From the sequence record NC_023557.1: 64,000 nt of DNA; one strand, written 5' to 3'. The notes under the pieces were generated by a model, which was given only the letters and a program-made list of their open reading frames with translations, was not told where the DNA came from and did not search any database. The translations under genes and the position numbers were made by a program. Shown here piece by piece: positions 45,808-56,500 of this stretch; positions within the stretch are counted from its first letter, which is position 1; each line of letters opens with the position of its first letter.

Positions 45808-47070
45808 ATGATCCTATCTAGCGGTCTGGAAGCGATTAGCTTTCAAAAGAATCCGCTCTTTTACAAACAGCTGGTTGTCGAATTCGGCCGTCTGATGGAA
45901 CTTGCTAAAGCCAACGGTAAGAAGCGCTTGACCGAAGAGATGATGGCGCAATCTAACCTGGCGAAGATCACCATGGCGAACACCGGTATCAAAGTCTCGC
46001 CTGGGGTGGATACCCGCATGCAGTGTAATGCGTACGTTATGATCCCAAGTATCAACTCCTATCACGTCTTCAATGATCGCATGCGTCAGATCTTCTCAGG
46101 GTATGCCGAATCGTTTGAGCAGTTTCGTAAAGCCAACGATGTGTTGATTGGGTTGGTTGATCTGCAGAACTCCAAAGTGGGCGGGGTCTTCTCGACTATT
46201 GATCACCGCATCTGTCTGTCGTACGACATGATGACCGACTACGACATGACTCCGGGTGAAGTCGCCGCCATCTACATGCATGAAGTCGGCCATGCTTTTA
46301 CCTTCCTGGAGATGCTGCATTATACCGCTACCACTAACCTGGTGCTGACGGCCGGCATTGAAGCGATCATCAAATCAGAAACTTCTCGTAAGCATGTCAT
46401 CTTAAGTGATATCGAAAACTCCTTAGGGATTAAGATCGATAATAAAGATGAACTGGTCGCTTACGACAAGTATGAAGATTATGCTGTCACGATCCTGTCG
46501 AAGTACAACCGCACCCTAGCGGCAGCCCTGGGTTCACCGGCACACGATGAATCGATGTCTGAGCAGATGGCGGATATGTTTGCCACCCGACATGGCGCGG
46601 GATTGGATCTGGCGCGTGGGTTGTCCCGTATTCACAAATATTACAATTCACCGAAGTTTAAGTTTGCCCGCTATCTGGAGATCTTTGTCGGCATCCTGCA
46701 GACCATGGGCTTGTCCCTGGTGTTCGATGTGCTGGGAGTAATCGTTGTCCTGACTGTCGGTAACTTCTTTGGTGGGACGTATGACCGGGCGAAAGACCGT
46801 TTCATCCGCATGCGTAACGAAATCGTGGTCGGCCTGAAAGATGAAGAGATCAGTGCAGCTGACCGCAAACTCTTGATCAGTCATATCGCCGAGCTGGACA
46901 AGATCATTGCCCAGGCCAAAAACGAAAGCTCCTTTGTCGAGCAGCTGTCCCTGGTGGTGCGCGCAAGCCAGCGCGAGCGGTATGCCAGCAAGTACCTGCA
47001 AAAGGATCTTGAAGCCCTTCTTAATAATCCGCTCTATGTCAGTGCGGCCAAACTGAAAACATTGCAATAA
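45808..47070 (+). CDS. Virion head protein with M48-like zinc-peptidase motifs
   Basis: N-terminal SGLEA site; HEVGH...EQMADMFA; hydrophobic C-terminal segment; AAGGAG SD before ATG 45808. Confidence 0.65.
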   Translation: MILSSGLEAISFQKNPLFYKQLVVEFGRLMELAKANGKKRLTEEMMAQSNLAKITMANTGIKVSPGVDTRMQCNAYVMIPSINSYHVFNDRMRQIFSGYAESFEQFRKANDVLIGLVDLQNSKVGGVFSTIDHRICLSYDMMTDYDMTPGEVAAIYMHEVGHAFTFLEMLHYTATTNLVLTAGIEAIIKSETSRKHVILSDIENSLGIKIDNKDELVAYDKYEDYAVTILSKYNRTLAAALGSPAHDESMSEQMADMFATRHGAGLDLARGLSRIHKYYNSPKFKFARYLEIFVGILQTMGLSLVFDVLGVIVVLTVGNFFGGTYDRAKDRFIRMRNEIVVGLKDEEISAADRKLLISHIAELDKIIAQAKNESSFVEQLSLVVRASQRERYASKYLQKDLEALLNNPLYVSAAKLKTLQ

Positions 47071-47083
47071 GGATTCATCAGAA

Positions 47084-47590
47084 ATGATTATTGACGTAGC
47101 AGAATTAAAGAAACAGATCGTGTCGGTGCGTTCTATTGCAGAGATCCCAACTACCCTGCGTACTAAACTGATTGAAACCGGTCTGGCCCGTGCGGTAGCT
47201 TATGGTGTTGATCTGCCAAAAGAGCTGGTCGGCAACCCGGTCTCCTATTTCGCCAGCAACGCCACTGATGCTAAGCAGGCACTGGCGGTGATCAACGAAA
47301 CCAACGTTATCAACATCTCCCGTATCCTGTCACTCGCCACCATCATCTGGCAGGCACGCTACAACATGGTTTATCTGCCAGCCACTCGCGAGTCCATGGA
47401 GTTGACTCATCAGGTACTGTCCGATCAGCGTGAATGGTTGTTCGATGCAGAGCAGCAGGATTTCCTGTCGGCGACCATTGGCGACGGCACGGTGCAAGAC
47501 AGCCTGAAGCTGGCTCTGTTAAACTTCACCTGCCCGGCTGTGATCAACCCTAAGCAGGTAGCACCAGTCACCACCGCTGACGAGGAGTAA
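47084..47590 (+). CDS. Putative virion protein
   Basis: 168 aa within the head-protein operon. Confidence 0.7.
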   Translation: MIIDVAELKKQIVSVRSIAEIPTTLRTKLIETGLARAVAYGVDLPKELVGNPVSYFASNATDAKQALAVINETNVINISRILSLATIIWQARYNMVYLPATRESMELTHQVLSDQREWLFDAEQQDFLSATIGDGTVQDSLKLALLNFTCPAVINPKQVAPVTTADEE

Positions 47591-47592
47591 TC

Positions 47593-49059
47593 ATGTCTAT
47601 TGATCTGATCGCTTCCTTTATCGACGATTCGGGCAATGTCCCGATGACGGCGCTGACCGTGGTAAAGAAAGAGAACGACGAAGCCAACGCGCAGCTGCCG
47701 AAACAGGTAGCGATGCTGAAAGCCTCTAACGAACGTATCGTTGAACTTCAGTCTGTGATTGAACGTGTGCGCCGTGAAGGTATGAGCCGTGAAGTCGCCG
47801 CGATTGTTGCCTCGATTGCACCCGAAGCGTTGCCGGTTGGCTACGGTGCTGAAGGTTTCACTGAGCAACCCTCAAAGCTTGGGATGGCTGCTGGTCTGGA
47901 ATCGATCACCGCCTATGTGATTGATGGTATCAAACGTCTGATTGCGTTCCTGATTGATAAGGCCAAGAAAGCCGCTGCCTTTATTGTGGATCAGTATCGT
48001 CGACTGACGGGCATTGCTCCCACTGCGTACAAGATCGATCGTCGTGCTGCTTATCTTACGGCGATGTCTGCCCGGTTTGCTCAGCACTTCGGTACGGATC
48101 TGGCGACTCTGTTAGAGCAGGATATCAATGCCGGCTTTACCAGTATCGAAAGTACTCGCATGGTATTAAGCGGTATGTTTGCTGATGCGGAAGTGCTGCA
48201 GGCGGATCTGTCTAAATATGGCAAGCACATCAATGTCATGTCCAAACAGATCGAAGCGTTACTGGCAGATGCGCCAGCACGTGTGGTGCGGGTCAATGCG
48301 ATTGTTAATGATGTCACGGTATCGCGCAATGGCAGCAACGATCGCAGTGCAGAGATCCTGCGTCTGATCGACACCCGTAACCTCGATGCCCTGGTCAGTA
48401 CGTTGCGCAGCGTCAGTAAGTTACTGGTCAGCAGCCCGATGTACAAATCCACTGGCACTGGTAAAGACGGCAAAATCAAACAGACTATCCTTGAGCAGTT
48501 AAACAGCGATGGTTTCCGTGAGATGATGTCCGGCCTTTCCATGGCTGCTAATGCTGGCATGACCCACACCATGGACATGACCGATGCCTCGGCGATCATT
48601 CGTTCACGTAATCTGGCTGAGGCTGTTAAAGAGCTCACCAATTACGAAGAAGTGAAGAAGCGTTCATTGGATGACCTCAAGTCTGCTACTGGTTCGATCA
48701 ACAGCAACAAATATGTGCAGGCCGCTGAACAGTCACCGGGTGATGACTCGACCATGGCGGCTGTGGTGCAGTTTAACCAATACTGGGATGATGTCACGAC
48801 CGCCGTAAAAGTGGCACAGGACATCACCACCGCCTACGCGGAGACGGTATTCAAACTGCAGCTGTTCTCGGTGCGTTGTCAGGACCTGGCGCTGGTGCAG
48901 TGGTCCGCTAACCCAGCCAATGCCGGTCTGGCAGAAGCCAATGCCGCGACTGAACGTCTGCAGGCAGTGGTCAAGCAGTATCTGGATAAGGTCGTGAAGA
49001 ACACCACGGGCTTGAAAGGTGCGCTGGATGACCTCGGCAAACTGGTCAATCAACTGTAA
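47593..49059 (+). CDS. Internal head protein (phiKZ_IP-like, protease-processed)
   Basis: Propeptide ending AAGLES followed by amphipathic ITAYVIDGIKRLIAFLIDKAKK. Confidence 0.7.
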   Translation: MSIDLIASFIDDSGNVPMTALTVVKKENDEANAQLPKQVAMLKASNERIVELQSVIERVRREGMSREVAAIVASIAPEALPVGYGAEGFTEQPSKLGMAAGLESITAYVIDGIKRLIAFLIDKAKKAAAFIVDQYRRLTGIAPTAYKIDRRAAYLTAMSARFAQHFGTDLATLLEQDINAGFTSIESTRMVLSGMFADAEVLQADLSKYGKHINVMSKQIEALLADAPARVVRVNAIVNDVTVSRNGSNDRSAEILRLIDTRNLDALVSTLRSVSKLLVSSPMYKSTGTGKDGKIKQTILEQLNSDGFREMMSGLSMAANAGMTHTMDMTDASAIIRSRNLAEAVKELTNYEEVKKRSLDDLKSATGSINSNKYVQAAEQSPGDDSTMAAVVQFNQYWDDVTTAVKVAQDITTAYAETVFKLQLFSVRCQDLALVQWSANPANAGLAEANAATERLQAVVKQYLDKVVKNTTGLKGALDDLGKLVNQL

Positions 49060-49068
49060 GGAAATCGC

Positions 49069-50325
49069 ATGGAATCCACATTACTTCAAACGATCAACGA
49101 AACCACGGAGTTGTGTGACTCTTTGATTTCGTTGTCACAACGTCTTGAGATGTTGGGTCCCATTGCTGCTGAGTCCGTTAACTTCGCAAAGATCCACGAA
49201 TCGATTAACCTGAAGGTGGCGAAGATTGCTGCCTCGATGGAGTCGATTGAGGCTAACGGCATCAACCAGGAGGCAGTGTTAGAAATCAATACTGCCATGC
49301 CTGGTATCATACCCAACACCATCCCTCTTAATGGATACACCAAAGCCCGCAGTCAGATGAATGTGGGGTTTGCCTTAGAGTCGTTGGAGTCAGGTAAAGC
49401 AGCAATGATCTCCGGTTCAGTAACAGGGATCGTGGCCGTGATCGTTAAACTGTTTCGTTGGGTTGTCATGACCATCAAGCAGTATGTCAAATCACGCCGT
49501 GATGCGAACCGTCTCGGTGTCTCTGTGACACAAGCGCTGCAACGTGCGGGGACGATCAACGAATACCTGTTAGAGCAGTTGGCGAAAACCCCTGAAGCCA
49601 AAGCCGCTCGTCCGGGCTTTGAATGGCTGGTATCGATCTGGCGTCCGCAGGCTGGGATCTTTAAGTTCAATGAAGATGCACTGGTGCAGTGGTGGCCAGA
49701 GCTCGTCAATGAACTGGAGTACGAATACAACCAGATCAGCAAGGCGTTTGAAACCCTGCGTAGCGGTGGGTCGTTTGTCCCGAACATTGCGAAAGCGCAT
49801 CAGTCACCCTCCATGAAGCGTTTCTTTGAAGCCTTACCGCAAGGGACGGATCGTCAAGGGAACATCGTTGAGGTAGAGCTGGCGAAGAAGCAGTTTCAGG
49901 AGAACCCACAGCGTGCGTTGTTCCAGCTGGCTGAACGTCTGCGCTACATGATCATGCGCGAGCCTAAATCAAAAGGTACTGACTTTGGGCAAGAGCTGAT
50001 CTCAGTAGGTCGCAGTATTGAAGCTTACACCAATGTGGATCGTCTGGTGTTTGATCAGCTGAATACCTACGACACCAACAACCGATTAGGGAAACTGGAA
50101 GAGGCGTTTGGTGCGTTGTATAAGCAAGTCCAAGCCACACGCTACACTGCAGACAAAGCCCTGGTTGATGAGTTCGTGGGTTACCTGAACCGTTATTCAG
50201 AAAAGCTTAACTGTTTCGTGCAACTGATCACTATTGTGAGTTACCTGGATAGCTGTAGTTTCCAGATCCTTGACAATGTATCCAAAGCCACCATGAAGTA
50301 CGTTGATATTGCTGCCAGTAATTAA
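49069..50325 (+). CDS. Internal head protein (protease-processed)
   Basis: ASMES and FALESLES sites, then VTGIVAVIVKLFRWVV helix. Confidence 0.7.
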   Translation: MESTLLQTINETTELCDSLISLSQRLEMLGPIAAESVNFAKIHESINLKVAKIAASMESIEANGINQEAVLEINTAMPGIIPNTIPLNGYTKARSQMNVGFALESLESGKAAMISGSVTGIVAVIVKLFRWVVMTIKQYVKSRRDANRLGVSVTQALQRAGTINEYLLEQLAKTPEAKAARPGFEWLVSIWRPQAGIFKFNEDALVQWWPELVNELEYEYNQISKAFETLRSGGSFVPNIAKAHQSPSMKRFFEALPQGTDRQGNIVEVELAKKQFQENPQRALFQLAERLRYMIMREPKSKGTDFGQELISVGRSIEAYTNVDRLVFDQLNTYDTNNRLGKLEEAFGALYKQVQATRYTADKALVDEFVGYLNRYSEKLNCFVQLITIVSYLDSCSFQILDNVSKATMKYVDIAASN

Positions 50326-50327
50326 AT

Positions 50328-50379
50328 CGGCATAAAGGCCTGGCCCTCCGCAAGGAAGGCCAGAGCCTTGCTTATGCCG
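50328..50379. terminator. Bidirectional hairpin flanked on both sides by CGGCATAA/TTATGCCG
   Basis: CGGCATAA-AGGC-CTGGCC...GGCCAG-A-GCCTT-GC-TTATGCCG between convergent genes. Confidence 0.8.
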
Positions 50380-53329
50380 TTAAGCTTGACTTCGCTGAGG
50401 TATGTTTCAGGAAGGTAATGGAAATGTCTTCTTTCACCGTTAAGGTTTCATCCGACGCCACGTCTACCCGTTTCTTGATAGCACACCGCATGGTATCATC
50501 TAGCGCGGTCATGACTTTGATGTCACCGTTCACCCCGAGTGCTTTAAACTCGATATCAACCACATCCGACGTTCGATACGGTTTCAGCGCATCAACCAGA
50601 TCTGTCAGACCAAATGTTGCCCGGGCAATCACTGCGGCAATCGCTGGGCTCACTTTCGCTGACAGGTTGTCACGCAATGAGGTGTTCTTGTAACCGTTGT
50701 CGGTCATGTAGAAGGTTACGTCAAAACCAATCGCGGCGGAGATCTGACGAGACTCTCGTGCATTGGCAATCACATCGATCAAGCCCAGGGTTTGTTTCGG
50801 TCGCAACGACACCGTGGTCTTCTCAAGCAACTGCCGCTTCACCGTGACCATGTCCTCTGTCACCCAATCAACCAGATCAGAGATCACATCGGTGATGTAT
50901 GTCTTGTCCAGCGGATTACCGGTAAAGTAGTAGACACCATCCAGACCCACCACATCGATCTCACGCACCACCACACGTTCATTAAGCGGGATAGGGTTCC
51001 CTTGCTCATCCGACTTAATGTCACCCACCCGATAACGATAGATGATGTTGTTATCAGCGTCATACATGATGTCGCCTTTGGCGTGCAGGATGATCGGTTG
51101 GTTGTTGCTGTCAAACACCAGTTGGTTAGTGACCGCATCACGCTGATACACCGTCTCTGCATAGCGCCATGGCACATCGACATCGTACTTCTGATACTCG
51201 ATGTCAGACACCACTGAACGCGAACGCTGATACAGATAGGTCAGGGCTTTGCCCATCACCACATCGTAGGACTGCTCCGTCACCACCACGAACTGCTGAT
51301 CCAGGTAGAAACTCCCCAGCTTCTTATCGCTGTCGCTGTACACCACATCGTTCGGTGATTTGGCCACGGCAATACAGTTTAGCAGGATGAAGTTCTTTTC
51401 CAGTACCGAGCGCAACTTAGACGGTGCATTACCAAACTGACCAAAGGAGGTCAGGATGATCTCGTCCTCGTTGGTGATGTCGAGATTACTGTCAATGTCA
51501 AACTGCCAGACACGTTCGCGGGTTGCTGTCCGACCGATCATCACGCCATTGAGGTAGCCGTAGTTGCTTTCCCCTTCTGGCATGAACAGTAACTGACACG
51601 CCACATCGCTGTCTGCCAGGTCTTTGTAGTAATCACCTGAACTTGTCACCACGGTTGCTCTAAAGCCATTGGTGGTTTTGGTAAAGGTAAAACTGTCCGC
51701 CACAAGTTCAACACCGATGGAGTTGTTCTCATAGCTGAATACCCGACCTGCTACAGAAGGACGATCCAGATCATAGACCCGAGTGGTAAACGCATCGTTA
51801 TTCGCATCCAGCACCATGTAGAAAGGTGAGAACATGAACACGTTGTTGTTGACCGTCAAGGCACGACTGTCTAATCCCGCGCCGTTGATCGTGGCCAGTT
51901 CCGCATCTGATACCATGTTGTAGATACCGTTGACCAGCCGGTATAAGGCGGTCGGGGTGATGGTGATGCGATTGCCGTTGTCACGCACTGCGGTATTACT
52001 GACCAACTGCAACATCGATGACTGCAGGGTAATGATCCCGGTACCGGCCGGCGTGTTGATACCAGACTTGTTGGTCTGCGGATTCAGTGACCGTGTCGCA
52101 TGGTAAATACGTTGCGTCACTGTGTCTTCTGATTTCAATGCCCCGTAGCCTAAATCGACCAGGGTTTGTGAGACCTGCGCTTCAGTAATCGGTAAGACCG
52201 TTTTATTGGCCGAATAGATCACCGCTTCCCGCAACGCTTCAACACTGAGACCGTTCACCCCACCGCTGACACCGCTGCTGATCGACATGGTCTTTTCATT
52301 AAAGACGGTCAATGGGGTAGAGTACTTATCCAACACCCGATCTTCGTAATTGAAGTCACGGTAGACCGCACTGATTGAAGAAGACTGCAGCGCCAGCGTT
52401 TCGATAACCAGGTTACCTTTACTGGTGTAGACATCCGCCCGCACCTGACGACCCACTGCCAGATTGTTGGAGATGTAGATTTCCGGTAGCACAACCTTCA
52501 CTGAGTCTTCTAACACCTGGGCGACGAAGGTCAGCTTGGTGTTGTCATAGACCAGGTCATCGTGGGTGACGTACGCCTCTTCCCACTCATCGGTGACATT
52601 CGCCCGTGTAAAGACACGCAGGTAATAGAACTGATCACCTTTTAATGGATAGGTATTGCGATACCCACTCATGCTGGTAATCTGACCGTAATAAGGCTGG
52701 GCTTTGAACTGACGTAAAGGTACCGTGATGTAGAGCAGTTCAACCCCGTTGAAGATCGCAGTGCGCCAGGTTAACTGGTTGGTTTCAACCGTCAGTAACG
52801 GGCTGGGTTGCGACACATCGTACACCACCACAAACCCGCCATGTTTCATCACCCGGATTTCAATCGGATACTCCAGACTGAAGGTGACATCCATCACCGT
52901 GATTTCCGTGTTGCGCGGAATCACCATCTTCGAGTAGATGCTGTCGATGTCATCGCTACCACTGCTGTCGAGTTGCACCGCTCGTGCCCGAATCTCATCG
53001 GCATTGAAAATGAAGTTGGTGGTGATACGTGACGGAGTACAGAAACGGTTCTTGTAATCCTCATCACTCATGTTGCGATACAGATCTTCATACGTCCGCG
53101 CCATCTTCGGGTAGTACGCGGTATAAAGGTCTTCATGGTTTTGCATCACTGCTGAACCGGTCAGGGCAACCAGCTCAAAAGCAAACATCGCAGGGTTGGT
53201 GGCATTCATGATATCAATCGTGCCGTCCATGTTTTGGTCTAACAGATCGAGTGTGTAGTCCATCATCAACGATGGATCATTACGCAGGTCGATCATTTTC
53301 TGTTTACGTACGTCGATGCTGTCGCTCAT
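50372..53329 (-). CDS. Large virion structural protein, probable baseplate wedge (phiKZ gp87 position)
   Basis: 985 aa, beta-rich; GG...LS.E.LR..VI segment like baseplate J/T4 gp6; synteny. Confidence 0.6.
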   Translation of the reverse strand: MSDSIDVRKQKMIDLRNDPSLMMDYTLDLLDQNMDGTIDIMNATNPAMFAFELVALTGSAVMQNHEDLYTAYYPKMARTYEDLYRNMSDEDYKNRFCTPSRITTNFIFNADEIRARAVQLDSSGSDDIDSIYSKMVIPRNTEITVMDVTFSLEYPIEIRVMKHGGFVVVYDVSQPSPLLTVETNQLTWRTAIFNGVELLYITVPLRQFKAQPYYGQITSMSGYRNTYPLKGDQFYYLRVFTRANVTDEWEEAYVTHDDLVYDNTKLTFVAQVLEDSVKVVLPEIYISNNLAVGRQVRADVYTSKGNLVIETLALQSSSISAVYRDFNYEDRVLDKYSTPLTVFNEKTMSISSGVSGGVNGLSVEALREAVIYSANKTVLPITEAQVSQTLVDLGYGALKSEDTVTQRIYHATRSLNPQTNKSGINTPAGTGIITLQSSMLQLVSNTAVRDNGNRITITPTALYRLVNGIYNMVSDAELATINGAGLDSRALTVNNNVFMFSPFYMVLDANNDAFTTRVYDLDRPSVAGRVFSYENNSIGVELVADSFTFTKTTNGFRATVVTSSGDYYKDLADSDVACQLLFMPEGESNYGYLNGVMIGRTATRERVWQFDIDSNLDITNEDEIILTSFGQFGNAPSKLRSVLEKNFILLNCIAVAKSPNDVVYSDSDKKLGSFYLDQQFVVVTEQSYDVVMGKALTYLYQRSRSVVSDIEYQKYDVDVPWRYAETVYQRDAVTNQLVFDSNNQPIILHAKGDIMYDADNNIIYRYRVGDIKSDEQGNPIPLNERVVVREIDVVGLDGVYYFTGNPLDKTYITDVISDLVDWVTEDMVTVKRQLLEKTTVSLRPKQTLGLIDVIANARESRQISAAIGFDVTFYMTDNGYKNTSLRDNLSAKVSPAIAAVIARATFGLTDLVDALKPYRTSDVVDIEFKALGVNGDIKVMTALDDTMRCAIKKRVDVASDETLTVKEDISITFLKHTSAKSSLTA

Positions 53330-53338
53330 CGTAGCCTC

Positions 53339-54364
53339 TTATTTTTGATCCTTCGGAACCCACCACTGGAATTCGTTCGTCATCACGTCGATATAAGGAT
53401 AACCAATAAAGTTGTAGCGCTGCATTTCACCCGGGGAGATTTTGCGGAAGAACGTGTTACGGTTCGCGGCTTTCATCTGCGGGTTAAATAACTCGACACA
53501 ACTGTTGAAATCCAGGATCAGGGATTGCGTGTTATAGCGCCAGCCCACACACTGCCAGTTACAACTGATTTGGTTATTGTTCTTGATCAGTGGGGTGTCT
53601 TTGGTGGTGCCAAAGTCAAACGCATTACCAATCGGGTTGGTGGTACAGATTGCTGCGTAGGGTGCACCGATCTTCGTCACATAGCGTGAAGTCTGATCCA
53701 GGATGATGCGATAGAAGCGCATGGTGTAATCAATATAGTTGTTAACAATGGCGTCCCAATAGGGAACCATGTCGCCAAGGTATACCGATGAGCTGTACGT
53801 TTGCAGCAGATCCAGAATCATGGTGATCGGGTCACCTGAGATGTTGGTGTGCGTTGATGTCACCTGATAGGCTTCATTAAACTCCGATTGCCCATCGACC
53901 ATCGACCAGGTTTCTTTACGTGAGCCTGGTGGTGCAGTAAAGGTATCGATCACGATATCGGGAAAACCGGTCATCGATTCCAGGGTGTTTGATAAAATGG
54001 ACACGAAGGCCTGTTGGTTATCAAACAGTCTGGAGTAGCTTTTTCGATCAATTGTGCCGGTCGCATCAAACATCGAACGGATCGCACCTGGGATCGTATC
54101 GGCGTTGTTTGAAGCAAGCGAAAGCAGCTTTTCTTGTCGATTCAGATTATCGTATGACAGGTTAAGGATTGGGCGTGTGAAAAAGGTATACCCCATGACG
54201 TCTTTGTTGATGGGTAGAAAGGCGCTACGGTTACTGAATTTGTTCAAACCCCAATAGTTATGCGCAAGCGATGAGGTTACACTACCATACCCGGACTCCC
54301 TTGCAGCCGAGTCAATACTCTCGGTCCACAACCCAGGATTGTAGTCGTCATTGTCATTGGCCAT
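53339..54364 (-). CDS. Virion structural protein, probable tube-like baseplate hub component (phiKZ gp88 position)
   Basis: 341 aa with a tube-protein-like beta pattern; synteny. Confidence 0.55.
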   Translation of the reverse strand: MANDNDDYNPGLWTESIDSAARESGYGSVTSSLAHNYWGLNKFSNRSAFLPINKDVMGYTFFTRPILNLSYDNLNRQEKLLSLASNNADTIPGAIRSMFDATGTIDRKSYSRLFDNQQAFVSILSNTLESMTGFPDIVIDTFTAPPGSRKETWSMVDGQSEFNEAYQVTSTHTNISGDPITMILDLLQTYSSSVYLGDMVPYWDAIVNNYIDYTMRFYRIILDQTSRYVTKIGAPYAAICTTNPIGNAFDFGTTKDTPLIKNNNQISCNWQCVGWRYNTQSLILDFNSCVELFNPQMKAANRNTFFRKISPGEMQRYNFIGYPYIDVMTNEFQWWVPKDQK

Positions 54365-54417
54365 TACTCATCACCTCTTTGAAATAGAATATCCGTTGAA
54401 TCCATAGGAGTACTTTT

Positions 54418-55584
54418 ATGTTACCATTAGTTACGGGGGCGATTACACTGGCCAGTTCGCTTGCGCTTGTCGCCGAACGTATTCTGGCAGCCAAGAAAGC
54501 TGCTGGTGAAGTCGCTGGTACTGTTGACAATACGTTGGCCACGTTAGGCCAGATGGGCACACGTGATTTGGTAACCTTTACCAAAGTGACCCGCATGGAG
54601 CCTCTGGTGTTGTTAGATGATCGTTTGAAGTTTGATCCTTCGACCCCGGAGATCCTGCAAGTACTGACCAGTTTGATTGCCGGCTACTATACCCAGGCGT
54701 TTGCCCTGCTGGGCCAGGTCGACGGTATTGACGTCATTGGCACCCTGGATAAGCTGAACCCGTCACGTACTGGTATTGGTCTGAACAACTTTGAAGGTGA
54801 TCTTGAGAAAGACGGCCTCCATAAATTTAGTAACCAGTCAAATACCCCTCTCTATAGTATCGGGCTGGAAGCACTGACTGAAGTGCAGAGCGCCGAGAAC
54901 AAGCCGGTTAAAATCCAGACCGATAAAAATGTCGTGGCTGATATTTCGGCACCGACTAACCTGGCGCTGGGTAAGATGATCAAGGTGACCTTGTCAGCTA
55001 ATGGCAACACCATTGAGATCCCAATCACCATCCGTGTGAAACCTGTCACTACCGGTAGCGATGCCGTTACGGCGATTCTGGCTATTGGTACCACGAAGAA
55101 CACCGTGGCTGAGCGCTGGAACCGTTTCAAAGCCGGTGAGCTGACCTTCACTAACCTGGCCACTGGTGATGACGTGATTCGTCAACACAAGAAGATCCTG
55201 GTGCAGGATACCTCTGGCTTCTATGCCGAGATCACCCGTCGTGCCCGTGGTAATGCGAAGAAAGGTGCCCTGTCCGGTAACCTGTCGCTGGCTACGGATT
55301 CTAACGTGGTAATGATCTCTTCAGCCACGGCGCTGGATGTGGGTCGCGAGCTCGGTGGTGAACTGTCCAACTTCCGTATCCGTGAAGCGATGTTCGCCAA
55401 GGTGTACTCTAACATGCTGATCATCGTGGATGACCTGCGTGGCATGGTCTCCTTCTACTACCGCGGTGAGTCATTACCAAACGTACTGTCGCTGCAGGAT
55501 ATCAAACTGTATAACAAAGGCAGCGGTCCAGACATCATGTCGATCTTCAGTGCGTTTGCTGAAAACAAAATCCCTTCCCTTTAA
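54418..55584 (+). CDS. Virion head/inner-body protein (phiKZ gp89 position)
   Basis: AGGAG SD; SIGLEA site; first gene of the head operon. Confidence 0.6.
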   Translation: MLPLVTGAITLASSLALVAERILAAKKAAGEVAGTVDNTLATLGQMGTRDLVTFTKVTRMEPLVLLDDRLKFDPSTPEILQVLTSLIAGYYTQAFALLGQVDGIDVIGTLDKLNPSRTGIGLNNFEGDLEKDGLHKFSNQSNTPLYSIGLEALTEVQSAENKPVKIQTDKNVVADISAPTNLALGKMIKVTLSANGNTIEIPITIRVKPVTTGSDAVTAILAIGTTKNTVAERWNRFKAGELTFTNLATGDDVIRQHKKILVQDTSGFYAEITRRARGNAKKGALSGNLSLATDSNVVMISSATALDVGRELGGELSNFRIREAMFAKVYSNMLIIVDDLRGMVSFYYRGESLPNVLSLQDIKLYNKGSGPDIMSIFSAFAENKIPSL

Positions 55585-55596
55585 GGATCTCGTTCG

Positions 55597-56490
55597 ATGA
55601 ACATTTTTAACTACGTCAAAGGCCTGATTGGTACGGTTGACAAACGCGATGTCCTAAGCGAGATCGATGCCCTGCGTGATGAGCTCACCCGGTTCACCAT
55701 TAACAACTATGCGAAAGCCATGGATGTTAATGTCAACACCGACGGCAGTAATTACTACGTAAAACAGATCAGTCGTGAATTCGCGAAAGTGAAACAGGTT
55801 GAAGGTTTACGTGGTCAGAACCTGATCGCTCAGACGTACATCTCCTTAAAGCAGCTGACCCTGACCCTGGAGTGGATGCGCAAACAGGTTGAGCGTGAGT
55901 ACGGCGGTCGTATTGCCCGTGAAGCCGTTGACTTTAAACAAGCCAACTTCCTGCGCTATATCGACTCGATCGACTTCTACCTGCGTTACGCTCGCTCCAT
56001 GCTGCTCGTGGTGACGTCCCTGAATGCTAACCCATCAGCGGATATCACTAAAGGCTTCACGGTGCATGAGATCCGTTTCCTGACCGATACTGCCGTGCAC
56101 TTCATCTACCTGACCTCGCTGTTCTCACAGCCGGTGAGTGTGACTGAGAAAGTGTTCGATGCGGTGCCATCGGTTGTGGTCTCCGATGCGGATCAGCAAG
56201 CGATCGAAGCAGTACTGGGTAACAAGACCGATGTGGCGAGGTCTAACTTCATCCCACTGGGTTACAACCCGTTCTTCCTGATTGGTCGTCTGCGTGCTGA
56301 ACGTCGTGTGAAACGCCTGCGGGCAGCTGAAGCGGCAGCCATTGCCACTGAGCTGACCTTGAGCAAGCTCATGGACAAACAAGCAGGCGGGTCAGAAGAC
56401 CCCACCATTCAGAAACAAATTGATCATTATCAGAATCAGTTGAACCGACTGAACTTTGAGATCGATCAGATCAAATCCGAAGTCGAGTAA
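55597..56490 (+). CDS. Virion head protein (phiKZ gp90 position)
   Basis: 297 aa; C-terminal coiled coil; synteny. Confidence 0.6.
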   Translation: MNIFNYVKGLIGTVDKRDVLSEIDALRDELTRFTINNYAKAMDVNVNTDGSNYYVKQISREFAKVKQVEGLRGQNLIAQTYISLKQLTLTLEWMRKQVEREYGGRIAREAVDFKQANFLRYIDSIDFYLRYARSMLLVVTSLNANPSADITKGFTVHEIRFLTDTAVHFIYLTSLFSQPVSVTEKVFDAVPSVVVSDADQQAIEAVLGNKTDVARSNFIPLGYNPFFLIGRLRAERRVKRLRAAEAAAIATELTLSKLMDKQAGGSEDPTIQKQIDHYQNQLNRLNFEIDQIKSEVE

Positions 56491-56500
56491 GGAGTCCGTC

